A stretch of DNA of 64,000 nt, taken from Candidatus Poribacteria bacterium (GTDB lineage: Bacteria > Poribacteria > WGA-4E > GCA-2687025). The notes below the pieces were generated by a model. It was not told the DNA's origin and ran no database searches. It saw only the letters and a program-made list of their open reading frames with translations. Position numbers and translations under genes: made by a program. The DNA lies in NCBI GenBank assembly GCA_963665845.2, contig OY762492.1, positions 2,912,001 to 2,976,000 of the forward strand. The letters are read 5' to 3'. This document shows positions 9,088-19,600 of the stretch, piece after piece (positions within the stretch are counted from its first letter, which is position 1; every line of letters starts with the position of its first letter).

Positions 9088-10161
9088 TCACATTCTCTGC
9101 AGAATCGCGTCCGTCATCTCTTGCGTTCCGCAGGTTTTCATTCCTTTTTGGGCGATGTCGGCGGTGCGGTAACCGTCTTCCAGCGCCTGATCAACCGCGT
9201 CTTCGATGGCGCGCGCCTCATCGCGCAGACTGAAGGAGCGCCTGAGCATCATCGCGGCGGAGAGTATCATGGCGATCGGGTTCGCCTTGTCCTGACCGGC
9301 GATGTCCGGCGCCGTTCCATGCACCGGTTCATAAAGGGCGGCGCGCCCAGAGCCGACGCTGGCGGACGGCAGCATACCCAAGGAGCCGGCGAGCGCGCCC
9401 GCCTCGTCCGAAAGTATGTCGCCGAAAATGTTGCCTGTCACAAGCACATCAAACCGCCTCGGTTGCGAGATAAGGGCAAGCGCGGCGGCGTCGATCAGCA
9501 GATGATCCAGTTTCACGCCGGGATATTCGTCGGCAAGCTGCGCCGTCGTTTCGCGCCATAGCCGAGACGTTTCCAGCATATTCGCTTTGTCGATGGAGGT
9601 GAGGCGTCCGCTGCGCTCTTTTGCGAGTTCAAATGCCGCCCTTGCGACCCTCTCGATTTCCGCTTTGGTGTAGATCATCGTGTTGTATCCGCGCGTTTCT
9701 CCGTTCTCGGTGGAGATGCCGCGCGGCTCACCGTAGTAAAGTCCGCCGGTGAGTTCGCGGACGATGAGCATATCGATGCCGCCGCCGATGAGGCGGTTTT
9801 TAACAGGCAGTATGGGGGCGAGCGTTTTTCGTCCGCGCACGGGGCGCAGGTTGACGAACAGGTCCATCTCTTTTCGGAGTTGGGCGAGGGCGCGTTCGGG
9901 GCGTTTTTCAGGGGAGGCGTTGTCCCATTTGGGTCCGCCGGCGGCTCCGAAGAGTATGATTTCGGCGTCAAGGCAAAGATCAAGCGTTTCGTCCGGGAGA
10001 GGTACTCCGACCGCGTCGATGGCGCAGCCGCCTAGGAGGGCGCATTCGTATTGGAACTTGAGACGGCTCCGTTTCTGGACGGCGTCTAAGACCTGGACGG
10101 CGGCTCGCATGACCTCTTCGCCGATGCCGTCGCCTGGAATGAGAACGATGCGCATATCCAT
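9088..10161 (-). CDS. leuB: 3-isopropylmalate dehydrogenase
   Basis: IPGDGIGEEV, NLRP, VRELTGGLYYG, DKANML, NIFGDILSDE, EPVHGTAPDIAG. The upstream ORF extension is repeat-derived. Confidence 0.96.
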   Translation of the reverse strand: MDMRIVLIPGDGIGEEVMRAAVQVLDAVQKRSRLKFQYECALLGGCAIDAVGVPLPDETLDLCLDAEIILFGAAGGPKWDNASPEKRPERALAQLRKEMDLFVNLRPVRGRKTLAPILPVKNRLIGGGIDMLIVRELTGGLYYGEPRGISTENGETRGYNTMIYTKAEIERVARAAFELAKERSGRLTSIDKANMLETSRLWRETTAQLADEYPGVKLDHLLIDAAALALISQPRRFDVLVTGNIFGDILSDEAGALAGSLGMLPSASVGSGRAALYEPVHGTAPDIAGQDKANPIAMILSAAMMLRRSFSLRDEARAIEDAVDQALEDGYRTADIAQKGMKTCGTQEMTDAILQRM

Positions 10162-10189
10162 AAAGGTCTCCCGTTTTGACAACGCCGAT

Positions 10190-10218
10190 ACGATACCGCC
10201 TTTTAACCAAAAAAGCAA
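10190..10218 (-). promoter_or_regulatory. Putative sigma70 promoter of leuB
   Basis: Minus strand TTGCTT-N17-TATCGT. Confidence 0.45.
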
Positions 10219-10233
10219 CGGCGCATGCGTCAG

Positions 10234-10365
10234 GGCAGTACGCCCATAGGGATATTCGCGGCGCCGCATCCGATTCCCCCCTTGAAAAGGGGGGCTAGGG
10301 GGGTTTTCCACGGGGCGGATGGCGCCTGGTATGGCTAAGATTCCCGCTTACGCGGGAATGACGAC
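10234..10365. repeat. Repeat mosaic (E motif, B, A)
   Basis: GGCAGTACGCCCAT, CCCCCCTTGAAAAGGGGGGCTAGGGGG, GATTCCCGCTTACGCGGGAATGAC. Confidence 0.8.
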
Positions 10366-10385
10366 GCGCGAGGGTTCGTTTCTGC

Positions 10386-11141
10386 TTAAGCCTCTGACGA
10401 TTCCTGCTCGGCGCTGTCCGCTTTCTTTTCTATGCGGAAGGAGGCGGCTATTAGCCCGGCGTACGCCGCAATCAGCGCCGCCCAAAGCGCCCATTCGGGG
10501 ATCAACGGCGCGGCAGACGCCTCAAAATAACGGCGCGCGATGATAAAGACGGAGAGCAGCGGCATGAACGCCGCCGCTTTATACGCCTCGCGGAGCGGTT
10601 CCGAGCCGAGGGGTACCGACCGTCGGCAGAGCCAGTAAGCGAATCCGATCAACGCCAACAGCAGCGCGCCGAGCAGAAACGGAAGAGACCTGCCAAAAAA
10701 GGAGTTCTCAAGCGGGACGAGAAATGCGAGCGGAAAGGAGAGAGACGCCAACCCTACGGTCGCCGCCGCGAGAGACGCGCCTCCTAAATCGTCTTCCTCC
10801 TCTATCTCTTTAAACTTTTGAAACGCCTCCCCGACAGCCCCGCCCGCGAAGAGCGTCCAGACCGCTGTGAACATAAATGTCGATAGCGAATCCGACCAAA
10901 ACAGCATGGTGATCGCCCCGAATCCGACGAAGACATCCCACGTCCAATGTACAGATTTGATACGCGCTACCGCTGTTGCCAAGAGGATGATCGCGCCCGC
11001 TGTAACCCCGAATCCAACCGCAACGTCGCTCGCTAGTACATCGAATGGAATGAGCGCGTCCAAGCCCGGCGCTATAAAGGCGATTGCGGCGAAACCGAAC
11101 GCTATTAAGATGATCAGCAGCGCGACCAATACGATCCCCAT
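10386..11141 (-). CDS. Hypothetical integral membrane protein (~7-8 TM)
   Basis: Multiple hydrophobic stretches. RBS GGAGG before MGIVLV. Confidence 0.75.
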   Translation of the reverse strand: MGIVLVALLIILIAFGFAAIAFIAPGLDALIPFDVLASDVAVGFGVTAGAIILLATAVARIKSVHWTWDVFVGFGAITMLFWSDSLSTFMFTAVWTLFAGGAVGEAFQKFKEIEEEDDLGGASLAAATVGLASLSFPLAFLVPLENSFFGRSLPFLLGALLLALIGFAYWLCRRSVPLGSEPLREAYKAAAFMPLLSVFIIARRYFEASAAPLIPEWALWAALIAAYAGLIAASFRIEKKADSAEQESSEA

Positions 11142-11167
11142 GGAACCCTCCCGCGTTTGAGTTGCCG

Positions 11168-12163
11168 CTACTCCGCACGCCTCTCCCAAGGCAACTGGAT
11201 GTCAAGCGTCCGCGCCGTCTCTTCCAGCCGGCGCCGGTGATGTTCTCCAAACGGGACGCCCTCTTGTTTCCAGAGACGCTCGCGATGCGATTCAAGACCG
11301 CCCGGCATGAAGCATTCATCGAACCGCTCCACCGGCTCCAGCCGTTTCACATCTCGAATATAGGCGTCCATATGCCGCTTGAACTCTGCAGGCTCCGCAA
11401 ACAGATCGATGCGGAACGCGATGAGCAGCGCGCCTTGATTCGCGCCCGTCCATTTGCGGTCTTCAGGCGGCGCGCCGTATGGAACACCCGCCAAAAAACC
11501 GCCCCATGACTGACATATGCCGCCCAGCCCGACGCCTCTAAAGACAACCGCCGGCGCCAGCAGCGAGATCGCCTTTCGGTGAACGTCGCCTTCGTAGCAG
11601 TCATGTATCGCGCCGAAGTCCACGACGAGGCTCTCCTCCTCTCCCGCGGGAGAGCTGAACGACATCGGCGATCCGCCCGCCGCTGTCACATACGGCCTGC
11701 CGGGAGAGAGCGACATCTGATGCCCCGACGTGACGAAGGCGAGCAGGTCATGCCCCAGCGTCAGCCGCGTGTAGATTCCGGCGGCGCCGAAATGCCCATG
11801 GTTGCCTGTAGAGAGAACGCCGATCCCGTTCTCCAGCGCCTTTTCGATAACGCGCAGGGTTCCCTCATACGCGGGAAAGTAGCCCAGCCCGCCGTCCCCG
11901 TCCATCTGTAGACTGGTCGGCGTTTCTCGGACGGGGCGCAGGTTCGGCGCTGGATTTAGCTGTCCGCTTGTGAACTGGCTCGCGTAGGCTGCCATTTGCT
12001 GCGTGCCGTGGCTGAAGACGCCGCGCGCGTCGTTCGTCGCCAGCAGCCGCGCCAGAAGAGACGCCTGCTGTTCAGGCATTCCAGCGGCGCGCCCGATGAG
12101 CGACGCGCCGCTTTCCAGCTGCTCATACGGAATGCGCGCGTCCGTTTTGGGAGGCGTATTCAC
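11168..12163 (-). CDS. Ldh_2 family (type 2 malate/L-lactate dehydrogenase-like) oxidoreductase
   Basis: DARGVFSHG, DGDGGLG, GHFGAAG, MPGG.E. Confidence 0.88.
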   Translation of the reverse strand: MNTPPKTDARIPYEQLESGASLIGRAAGMPEQQASLLARLLATNDARGVFSHGTQQMAAYASQFTSGQLNPAPNLRPVRETPTSLQMDGDGGLGYFPAYEGTLRVIEKALENGIGVLSTGNHGHFGAAGIYTRLTLGHDLLAFVTSGHQMSLSPGRPYVTAAGGSPMSFSSPAGEEESLVVDFGAIHDCYEGDVHRKAISLLAPAVVFRGVGLGGICQSWGGFLAGVPYGAPPEDRKWTGANQGALLIAFRIDLFAEPAEFKRHMDAYIRDVKRLEPVERFDECFMPGGLESHRERLWKQEGVPFGEHHRRRLEETARTLDIQLPWERRAE

Positions 12164-12169
12164 GGCGCT

Positions 12170-14113
12170 TTACCGCCGCCACTGCTGGTTGTCGGGCTGC
12201 GGCGGGCGTATCAGAACCTGCTGCCCTTCGCTAATGCCGGAGACAATCTGATAGAAACCGTCGTTTTTCATGCCGACCTGAATGGGCGTTTTCTTTTCGC
12301 CGCCGTTTCCTCCTTCGCTGTCGCTTTCCGGTTTTCCGTTACCGCCGGGCGCGCTGCCGGCGTTTGCCAGCTCCACATAAAACGCCTCTCCGCGCGAGAT
12401 CTCGCCGCTCAAACCGCGCAGCGTTTCGCCCGACGCGGTCGAGACCGCGATGTTGACCGTCCCGGCGCGCCAGCCGCGCGCCTCGCCTGTCAACACAAAA
12501 CGCGCCGCCCCGTCGTTCAACGACCGAACCAGCGCCTGCACGCCCTTGCCCATCTGCGTTTCAACCGTCACCGCTTCCCCAAACGTCAACTTCTGCATCT
12601 GTTCAGGCGTCAACTCCGAGCGCACCTCGTAGGTGTCGGTCTTGCTGACCGCCTCCAGCGGAACCTGAAGTATATCCTGCCAGTCCACCACAAAGATGTC
12701 CACATTCGCGGTCATGCCCGGCAACAGCTCCTTCGGCGACCCGACCAGCCGCACCTCCACCTCAAAACGAACGATGTTGTCGACCTGCTGTCCGTTCGGC
12801 GCGATGCGCAGCACCTCGCCTTCAAAGGTTTTGTTGCGGTAGGCGTCCACGCGAATCTCGGCGCGCTGCCCGACCTCCATCCGCCCCATGTCCACCTCGT
12901 TGACGCCGACGCGCACAATCATCTGCGTCAGGTCTTCGATGGTCATGATCGGCGGGCTTTGGGCGAAGGCGCTGCGTCCGGAGGTTACAATCTCCCCCTG
13001 CTCCACAACAAGGTTCGTCACGGTGCCGTTGATCGGAGCCGTCAGCGTCGTCCATTCTTTGCGCTGGTTCGCCGTTTCCAGAGAGCTTTTATTGCGGAGA
13101 ACGGAGGCTTGCGCCGTTTTTTCAGACAACGCCGCCATGTTCTTTTCCGCGTCAATGTTGCTCTGCGCCTCCTCTAGACGCGACTTGGAGCTGGCGAGGT
13201 TCGCTTCCGCCTGCCGCTCCGCCGCGTCTCTGGAGGCTTTCAAGATTTCCAAATTCGCCTTTTCAAACTCAAGCCGCGTCTGGCTGGACTGGATGACCCG
13301 CTTCTGCGCTTCGATGGACGCCCGCTGCGATTCGACCGCCTTTTCCTGATTGCTCAGGTTGCGCTGGGCGCTCTCTAGGGACGCCTTGGCGGAGCTTTCC
13401 CGTTCCTGCGCATTTTCTAAGACGCTGAGGCTCACATACTTTTTCTCGTACAGCTCTTCGTTCCGCTTCAGCTCTTTCTGGGCGTTTTGGTACGCCAGCT
13501 GCGCCGACTCCAGCGACGTTTTCAGTTGGTTTTTGTTGATTTCGTACTGTTGAAGGGTGATCTCCGCCTGGTTGAGCGCGATACGGTCTCTCGCCAGCCC
13601 GTCTTCCGAAGTGGAGATGCCTGTTTCGGTCTGCGCCACCTCCCGAATCGTCGACTGCTTGCTCGACTCCAGCCCCGCCTGGGCGGAGCGCACATTTTCA
13701 ATTGCTTGCTGAAGCTCGGCGTCCAGACGCCGCCGCGTGACGCTTGTCTGCTCCTTCGCCCGTTCCAGCTGCGCCAGCGACGCCTCGTAATTTGCCGCCG
13801 CCTGATTCACCTGCTCATCGACCTGCTTCGGGTCGATCTCGATGAGAAGGTCGCCCGCTTTTACGCTGTCGCCGTCCTCCACATTGAGCGTCAGGATTTC
13901 CCCCTCCACGTTCGATTTCACTTCGACCGCGATGAGCGCCTCAAGCCGCCCCGATTCCTGCACTCGGACGACAAAGGGCGCCTTGCGCACCGCCTCGGCG
14001 CGCGCCTGTCCGCTCCGCGCCTCCGATTCGCCGCCGCATCCTGCCGCCGTTACAGATAAACCCGCGATACATACAGCCGCTAGCCATGCCGTTCGTTGTC
14101 TCATGTCGCTCAT
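12170..14113 (-). CDS. Periplasmic adaptor (membrane-fusion) lipoprotein, MacA/HlyD-like, with very long coiled coil
   Basis: Lipobox AAGC. Lipoyl halves VKSNVEGEI..GDSVKAGDLL and LTAPINGTV. VNEVDM, LLPGMTANVDI. Confidence 0.88.
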   Translation of the reverse strand: MSDMRQRTAWLAAVCIAGLSVTAAGCGGESEARSGQARAEAVRKAPFVVRVQESGRLEALIAVEVKSNVEGEILTLNVEDGDSVKAGDLLIEIDPKQVDEQVNQAAANYEASLAQLERAKEQTSVTRRRLDAELQQAIENVRSAQAGLESSKQSTIREVAQTETGISTSEDGLARDRIALNQAEITLQQYEINKNQLKTSLESAQLAYQNAQKELKRNEELYEKKYVSLSVLENAQERESSAKASLESAQRNLSNQEKAVESQRASIEAQKRVIQSSQTRLEFEKANLEILKASRDAAERQAEANLASSKSRLEEAQSNIDAEKNMAALSEKTAQASVLRNKSSLETANQRKEWTTLTAPINGTVTNLVVEQGEIVTSGRSAFAQSPPIMTIEDLTQMIVRVGVNEVDMGRMEVGQRAEIRVDAYRNKTFEGEVLRIAPNGQQVDNIVRFEVEVRLVGSPKELLPGMTANVDIFVVDWQDILQVPLEAVSKTDTYEVRSELTPEQMQKLTFGEAVTVETQMGKGVQALVRSLNDGAARFVLTGEARGWRAGTVNIAVSTASGETLRGLSGEISRGEAFYVELANAGSAPGGNGKPESDSEGGNGGEKKTPIQVGMKNDGFYQIVSGISEGQQVLIRPPQPDNQQWRR

Positions 14114-14169
14114 ACGCGCCTCTCCATAGTTCTCTTACCAATTCATGACGTTCCAATGCGCCGAAAGGT

Positions 14170-15215
14170 TTAAACCGACGGCGCGCATCCGTACCTTTCC
14201 GCCTCCTCCATGACCTGCGCCCATGTCGTCTCGTCGATCCAGACGCCGTTTTCGGCGCGTTCCTTTTCGGCGCGCGCTTCAGGTTCGCCGGGCAGCAGGA
14301 TTTCGTCAAAACCTTCCGCCAGCCGCGTCTCCTTCAAGAAACGTCCGAGGCGCGACACGCCGCTTTGAAATTCGCCCAACGGACGAAAGGCGTCGATCTT
14401 GATCAGCAGGCAGAAGACGCCGTTACCGACATGCCCCTCCCTCTCGCGCACATTGCCCGCGCCGGTGAGCGTCCCCGCCAGCAGCTCGGCGAACAGCCCA
14501 AGCCCATAACCTTTATGCGCCGCCTGCCCCCCGAACGATAAGATCGCGCCGCGCGGCGGTCCGTAAAAATCGGCGGGATCGGTGGACGGCTTGCCTTCCA
14601 GGTCCAGTATCCACCCGGCAGGCAGCGGCTGATTCGCGTTTCGACGCGCCCGTATCTTTCCTTCCGCCGCGACGCTGGAGGTCATGTCGATGAGGACGGG
14701 GTCGCCCTCAGTCGGAAACGCGGCGCAGAACGGGTTCGTGCCGAGCCGCGGCTCTGAACCGCCATGAGGCGCGACCGCCGACGCAGAACCGGTGCTGTTG
14801 ACAACAATTAGCGCAAAACAGCCGCGCTTCGCCGCCAGATGCGCATAATGTCCAAGCCGACCGATATGGTTGCAGTCGCGGATGCCGAAGGAGACGGGCG
14901 CTCCTTTTTCGGCGCGCTCCAGCGTCTCGTTCAGCGCATGCGTCATGGAGACCTGCCCGAAATTCCAGTTGCCGTTATAGACGGCGGCGCCGTCCGCGTC
15001 CTGAACAATCTCCGTCGGCGCGCCAGCTGAATAAATCCTTTTCGTACCGCTTCGGCGTATTGCGGTATTCGGATCAGTCCGTGTGAGTCATGCCCCGTCA
15101 TGTTCGCCTGCGTCAACACATCCGCCACCGTTTGCGCCTCGTCTTTAGGCGCGCCGAGAGCCTCAAAGATGCGCGTCATGAGGTCATGGAGCTGATTGCG
15201 GGAGAGGTTTGGCAT
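14170..15215 (-). pseudogene. Ldh_2 family oxidoreductase split by a 1-bp frameshift near 15026
   Basis: N-part (GHDSHGLIRIPQY) joins C-part (HIGRLG, GTNP, HKGYGL, LPGEPE) through an alternative frame GAPTEIVQD..NGNWNFGQV. Confidence 0.8.
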
Positions 15216-15250
15216 GGCGCGTTTTTTCTAAAGCGGTATGATTGAGCGTT

Positions 15251-15279
15251 AGGATAGCGCGCGCGTCGGCGGAGCGCAA
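15251..15279 (-). promoter_or_regulatory. Putative sigma70 promoter
   Basis: Minus strand TTGCGC-N17-TATCCT. Confidence 0.45.
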
Positions 15280-15350
15280 GCTTATCTTCTTGACGGCAGT
15301 ACGCTCATACGGGGATATTTGCGGCGCCGCGTCCGATTCCCCCTTGAAAA

Positions 15351-16377
15351 GGGGGCTATATTCCTAGATAGCCATTTGCTGTCGTTTCTCGCCGCCCTCT
15401 CCTTTCAGATCCGCAAAGGTGAGACGCTTGCCGACCATGCGCGGAATCAGTTTGCCGAGAGTGTCCAGGCTGTTGTCGATGCCAACATTGAACCGATACA
15501 TGAATTCGTTGACGTATAGACCCAGATGTTTAAACGACATGAAATGGTAAACGCCGCGGTACCCGCGTTTTAACACGGCCCAGAACGACTCGATGCTGTT
15601 GGTGTGAACATCGCCGCGAACATACTCGCCTTTCTGATGCTCCACAACCGCATGCGTGTATTCCAGCATGCCCCTGTAGGTCGGAAGAGCGTCGGTAAAA
15701 ATGGACGATCCGCGCGCCACATTCGCCCTTACAGCGTCATGCAGCGTTTTCTTTTTCATATTGTCCAGCAGAAACGCGCGGATCTCGCCGTTCCTTTGAC
15801 GCATGCCCATCACGGGCTGTTTGCCCCCGGTTCCGCTTCCGACGCGCAGGCGCTTCTTCTTATGCTTGTTTTTCTCCTGGTTCCGCCGATGTAGGTCTCG
15901 TCCATCTCCACGATGCCGCTTAGCATTTCGTCGTCGCTCACCATTGCGGCTCGAATGCGGTGGCCTAGGGACCATGCCGTCTTTTGCGTCGTTCCGATCT
16001 TTTTTGCCATCTCAACGCTGGAGATGCCCATGCGCGAGGTATGCATCAGGTAAATCGCTAGGACCCACTTGCGCAGCGCTAACCTGCTCTCCGCCATCAA
16101 GGTTTCGGTCCGGACGCTAAAATGCTTGCGGCAGGTTCGGCAGCGAAACGGCATCGGTTTCGCATTTTGGACGCGCATCGTGTTTTTGGAGCCGCATTTG
16201 GGACAGCATCTGCCGTCTGGCCAGCGATGCTGCTCAAAGAACCGCGCGGCTGCTTTCTCGTTTGGAATCTGCTCGAATAAATCGTAAAGGCTGCTAAACT
16301 GCATCGGATCGCTCCTTGTGCCATGACTAGCATGTATACTAGCGCGAAACGCGAGGTTAGTTAAGTAAGTAGTCCCC
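15351..16377 (-). mobile_element. IS1595-family insertion sequence, copy 2 (1027 bp), transposase frameshifted
   Basis: Inverted near-identical copy of 4196-5220. TIRs GGGGACTACTTACTTAACTAACC and GGGGGCTATATTCCTAGATAGCC. Extra 2 nt after DETYIGG splits the ORF (15810-16379 and 15364-15975). Confidence 0.93.
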
Positions 16378-16474
16378 AAGATGAAAGGATTCGTTCTTTG
16401 GAGAAAGCCGCATCATCCTTCCATCTTTTCAATCTTGCAAATCCTAGTTCAGGCAGCGCCGCGGAAACTTGCGT

Positions 16475-16503
16475 TTGACACCGCGCACATTTTAACCTAT
16501 CCT
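16475..16503 (+). promoter_or_regulatory. Putative sigma70 promoter of nrdJ
   Basis: TTGACA-N17-TATCCT. Confidence 0.55.
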
Positions 16504-16676
16504 GTATAGCGTACAGGCGCCGCTGCAAGCGCGCCGCCGTGTAATTGACGCATGCTTGCTTCGTTTTAGCGTATTTGCAGGGCAAGAGCAGAGCGGACTC
16601 TTGACAAAACTAGGATTTGTCCGCAGCAGGAATCGTCAAAGCAAGACAAACAACGGCTTTGGCTTAGGAGTCCGTC

Positions 16677-19600
16677 ATGGTGGACAGCCGGCAGGAAACA
16701 ACGACAGAGACCGCAACGCAACATAGCCTGAAGGTGGAGCGGCATTTTACCAGCCCCGACATCCACCCGTTCGACGACATCGAGTGGGTGGAGCGGCGCT
16801 CGGCGATCTATTCCGAGAAAGGCGAGACGATCTTTGAGGCGGACAATGTGCGCGTGCCGAAAAGCTGGTCGCAGCTTTCCACCGACATACTTGTCTCCAA
16901 ATACTTCCGAAAAGCGGGCGTCCCCGACACGGGCAGCGAACGCGGAGCCGATCAGGTCGTCCGGCGCGTCGCGCGGACGCTCCGAAACGCCGGCGAACAG
17001 GACGGGTATTTCGCCTCAACCGACGACGCCGACAACTTCGAAGCGGAACTGACGCATCTTCTCATCCACCAGATGGGCGCCTTCAATTCGCCGGTCTGGT
17101 TCAACTGCGGACTCTCGCAGGAATACGGCATTCAAGGCTCGCCCGGCAACTGGCGATACGACGAAAGCAAGGGCGAAGCGGTCATGCTGCAGGACAGCTA
17201 TCTCCATCCGCAAAACTCCGCCTGCTTCATTCAGTCGGTCGACGACGACCTGATGGCGATCTTTGAGCTGGCGCAGAACGAGGCGCGCCTTTTCAAGTTC
17301 GGCTCTGGTACCGGCACCAACTTCTCAACGCTGCGCGGAAGCATGGAGAAGCTGACCAGCGGCGGCACCAGCTCGGGGCTGATGTCGTTCCTGGAGGTCC
17401 TGGACCGAGGCGCCGGGGCGACCAAATCGGGCGGAACGACCCGACGAGCCGCCAAGATGGTCATCCTGGACATGGACCATCCCGAAATCGAAGAGTTCAT
17501 CAACTGGAAGGTGCGCGAAGAGGAGAAGGTGAGAGCGCTCATCGCCGCCGGCTACGACAGCGATTTCAACGGCGAGGCGTATAAGACCGTCTCTGGGCAG
17601 AACTCGAACAACTCGGTACGCATCACGGACGCTTTCATGGAAGCGGCGCTGAAAGACGGAACCTGGACGACGACGCTGCGCACCACCAAAGAGCAGCACA
17701 GCTCCCATAACGCGCGCGACCTGCTCAACCAGATTGCCGAAGCCGCATGGACGTGCGCCGACCCCGGCGTCCAGTTCGACTCGACCATCAACGACTGGCA
17801 CACATGCGCCAACGCCGACCGCATCTACGCCAGCAACCCGTGTTCCGAGTATATGTTCCTGAACGACTCGGCATGCAACTTGGCGTCGCTCAACCTGCTC
17901 AAATACCTGAACGCGGACGGCTCCTTCAACGTCGCCGACTACGAGTCCGCCGTCCGAACCTTCACCGTCGCGATGGAGATCATCGTCGGATTCTCCTCCT
18001 ATCCGACGAAGCGGATCGCCGAAAACAGCCATACGTACCGCCCGCTCGGTCTCGGATACGCGAACCTGGGCGCGCTGCTCATGGTGAAGGGCATCCCTTA
18101 CGAAAGCGAGGAAGGTTATGCGTGGTGCGCCGCGCTGACGGCGGTTCTGTGCGGGAAGGCGTATGTGACCTCCGCGGAAATCGCGTCTGTCAAGGGGCCG
18201 TTTGAAGGGTTTGAGCGCAACCGCGACCCGATGCTGCGCGTCATGAACAAGCACCGCGCCGCCGTGTACCGCATCAACCCTGAACGCTGCCCAAGCGAGC
18301 TGTTGAAAGCCGCCGAAAAGAACTGGAACGAGGCGGTTCAGATGGGCGAGGCGCATGGATACCGCAACGCGCAGGCGACCGTTCTGGCGCCGACCGGAAC
18401 CATCGGGCTGCTGATGGACTGCGACACCACAGGCATTGAGCCGGACTTTGCGCTGGTGAAATTCAAAAAGCTGGCGGGCGGCGGCTTTTTCAAGATCATC
18501 AACCAGTCGGTTCCGAGGGCGTTGGAGGCGCTCGGTTACTCCAAAGATCAGATCGACGCGATCGCCGCTTACGCTGTCGGAACGCCGACGCTCATGGGCG
18601 CGCCGTATATCAACCACTCGACGCTCCAGGAGCGCGGGCTGCGCGCCGAAGAGATCGACCGCATCGAAAAGGCGCTCCCAGGGGCGATGGACCTGAACTC
18701 CGCCGTCAACGTATGGACGCTCGGCGAAAAGACGGTCAAGCGGCTCGGCTACACGCCTGAAGAATACAACGATCCGCGTTTCAACCTGCTGGACGCGCTC
18801 GGTTTCACGCCGAATCAGGTTGAGGAGGCGACGAAGGCGGTCTGCGGGACGCAGACCGTGGAGGGCGCGCCCGACCTGAAAGAGGAGCATACCGCCGTCT
18901 TCGATTGCGCGAACCGGTGCGGCAAATACGGACAGCGCTCCATCTCTCCGATGGGGCATGTGCGGATGATGGCGGCGGCGCAGCCGTTCATCAGCGGCGC
19001 CATCTCCAAGACGGTGAACCTGCCGAACGAGGCGACCGTGGACGATGTGCGCGATGTGTATGTGGAATCGTGGCGGCTTGGGGTGAAGGCGATCGCGGTG
19101 TACCGAGACGGCTCCAAGGCGTCGCAGCCGCTCAGCGCCGGCGGAAGCGAGGAGGAAGCGGAGCTGGAGCAGGCGCAGGGTCCGGTGCGCCGCCGCCTGC
19201 CGGACGAACGCCAATCGATCACGCACAAGTTCAGCGTCGGCGAGCATGAGGGTTACATCACCGTCGGGCTGTACGAGGACGGATCGCCCGGCGAAGTGTT
19301 TTTGACGATGTCCAAAGAGGGGTCGACGATCTCTGGACTGATGGACGCCTTTGCGACGATGACCTCGCTCGCGCTTCAGTACGGCGTCCCGCTGGACGCG
19401 CTGGTGCGCAAGTTTTCGCATATGCGTTTTGAGCCGCAGGGGTTCACCAGCAACAAGCAGATACCGCTGGCGAAGTCGCTCATCGATTACATCTTCCGCT
19501 GGCTCGCGTTGAAGTTTGTGGATGAGGATCGGGAAAACGGCGACGCCGCAGTCTACCATGCGAATCTGGAGCGCGTTCAGATCTCCTCGCTGCCGTCGGC

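Noticed and set aside
15860-15890. Programmed ribosomal frameshift in IS copy 2
   Set aside because: Copy 1 encodes the transposase in one frame, no canonical slippery heptamer is present, and a simple 2-nt indel explains it.
4196-16377. Composite transposon carrying the 10 kb segment
   Set aside because: Outer flanks (TTGAGAAA and AAGATGAA) do not form a direct duplication. The flank pattern fits an inversion, and the cargo includes housekeeping leuB.
16500-16676. Cobalamin riboswitch or NrdR boxes upstream of nrdJ
   Set aside because: No B12-box recognised and only a weak partial NrdR-like match near 16605-16620. An Infernal/Rfam or PWM scan would be needed.
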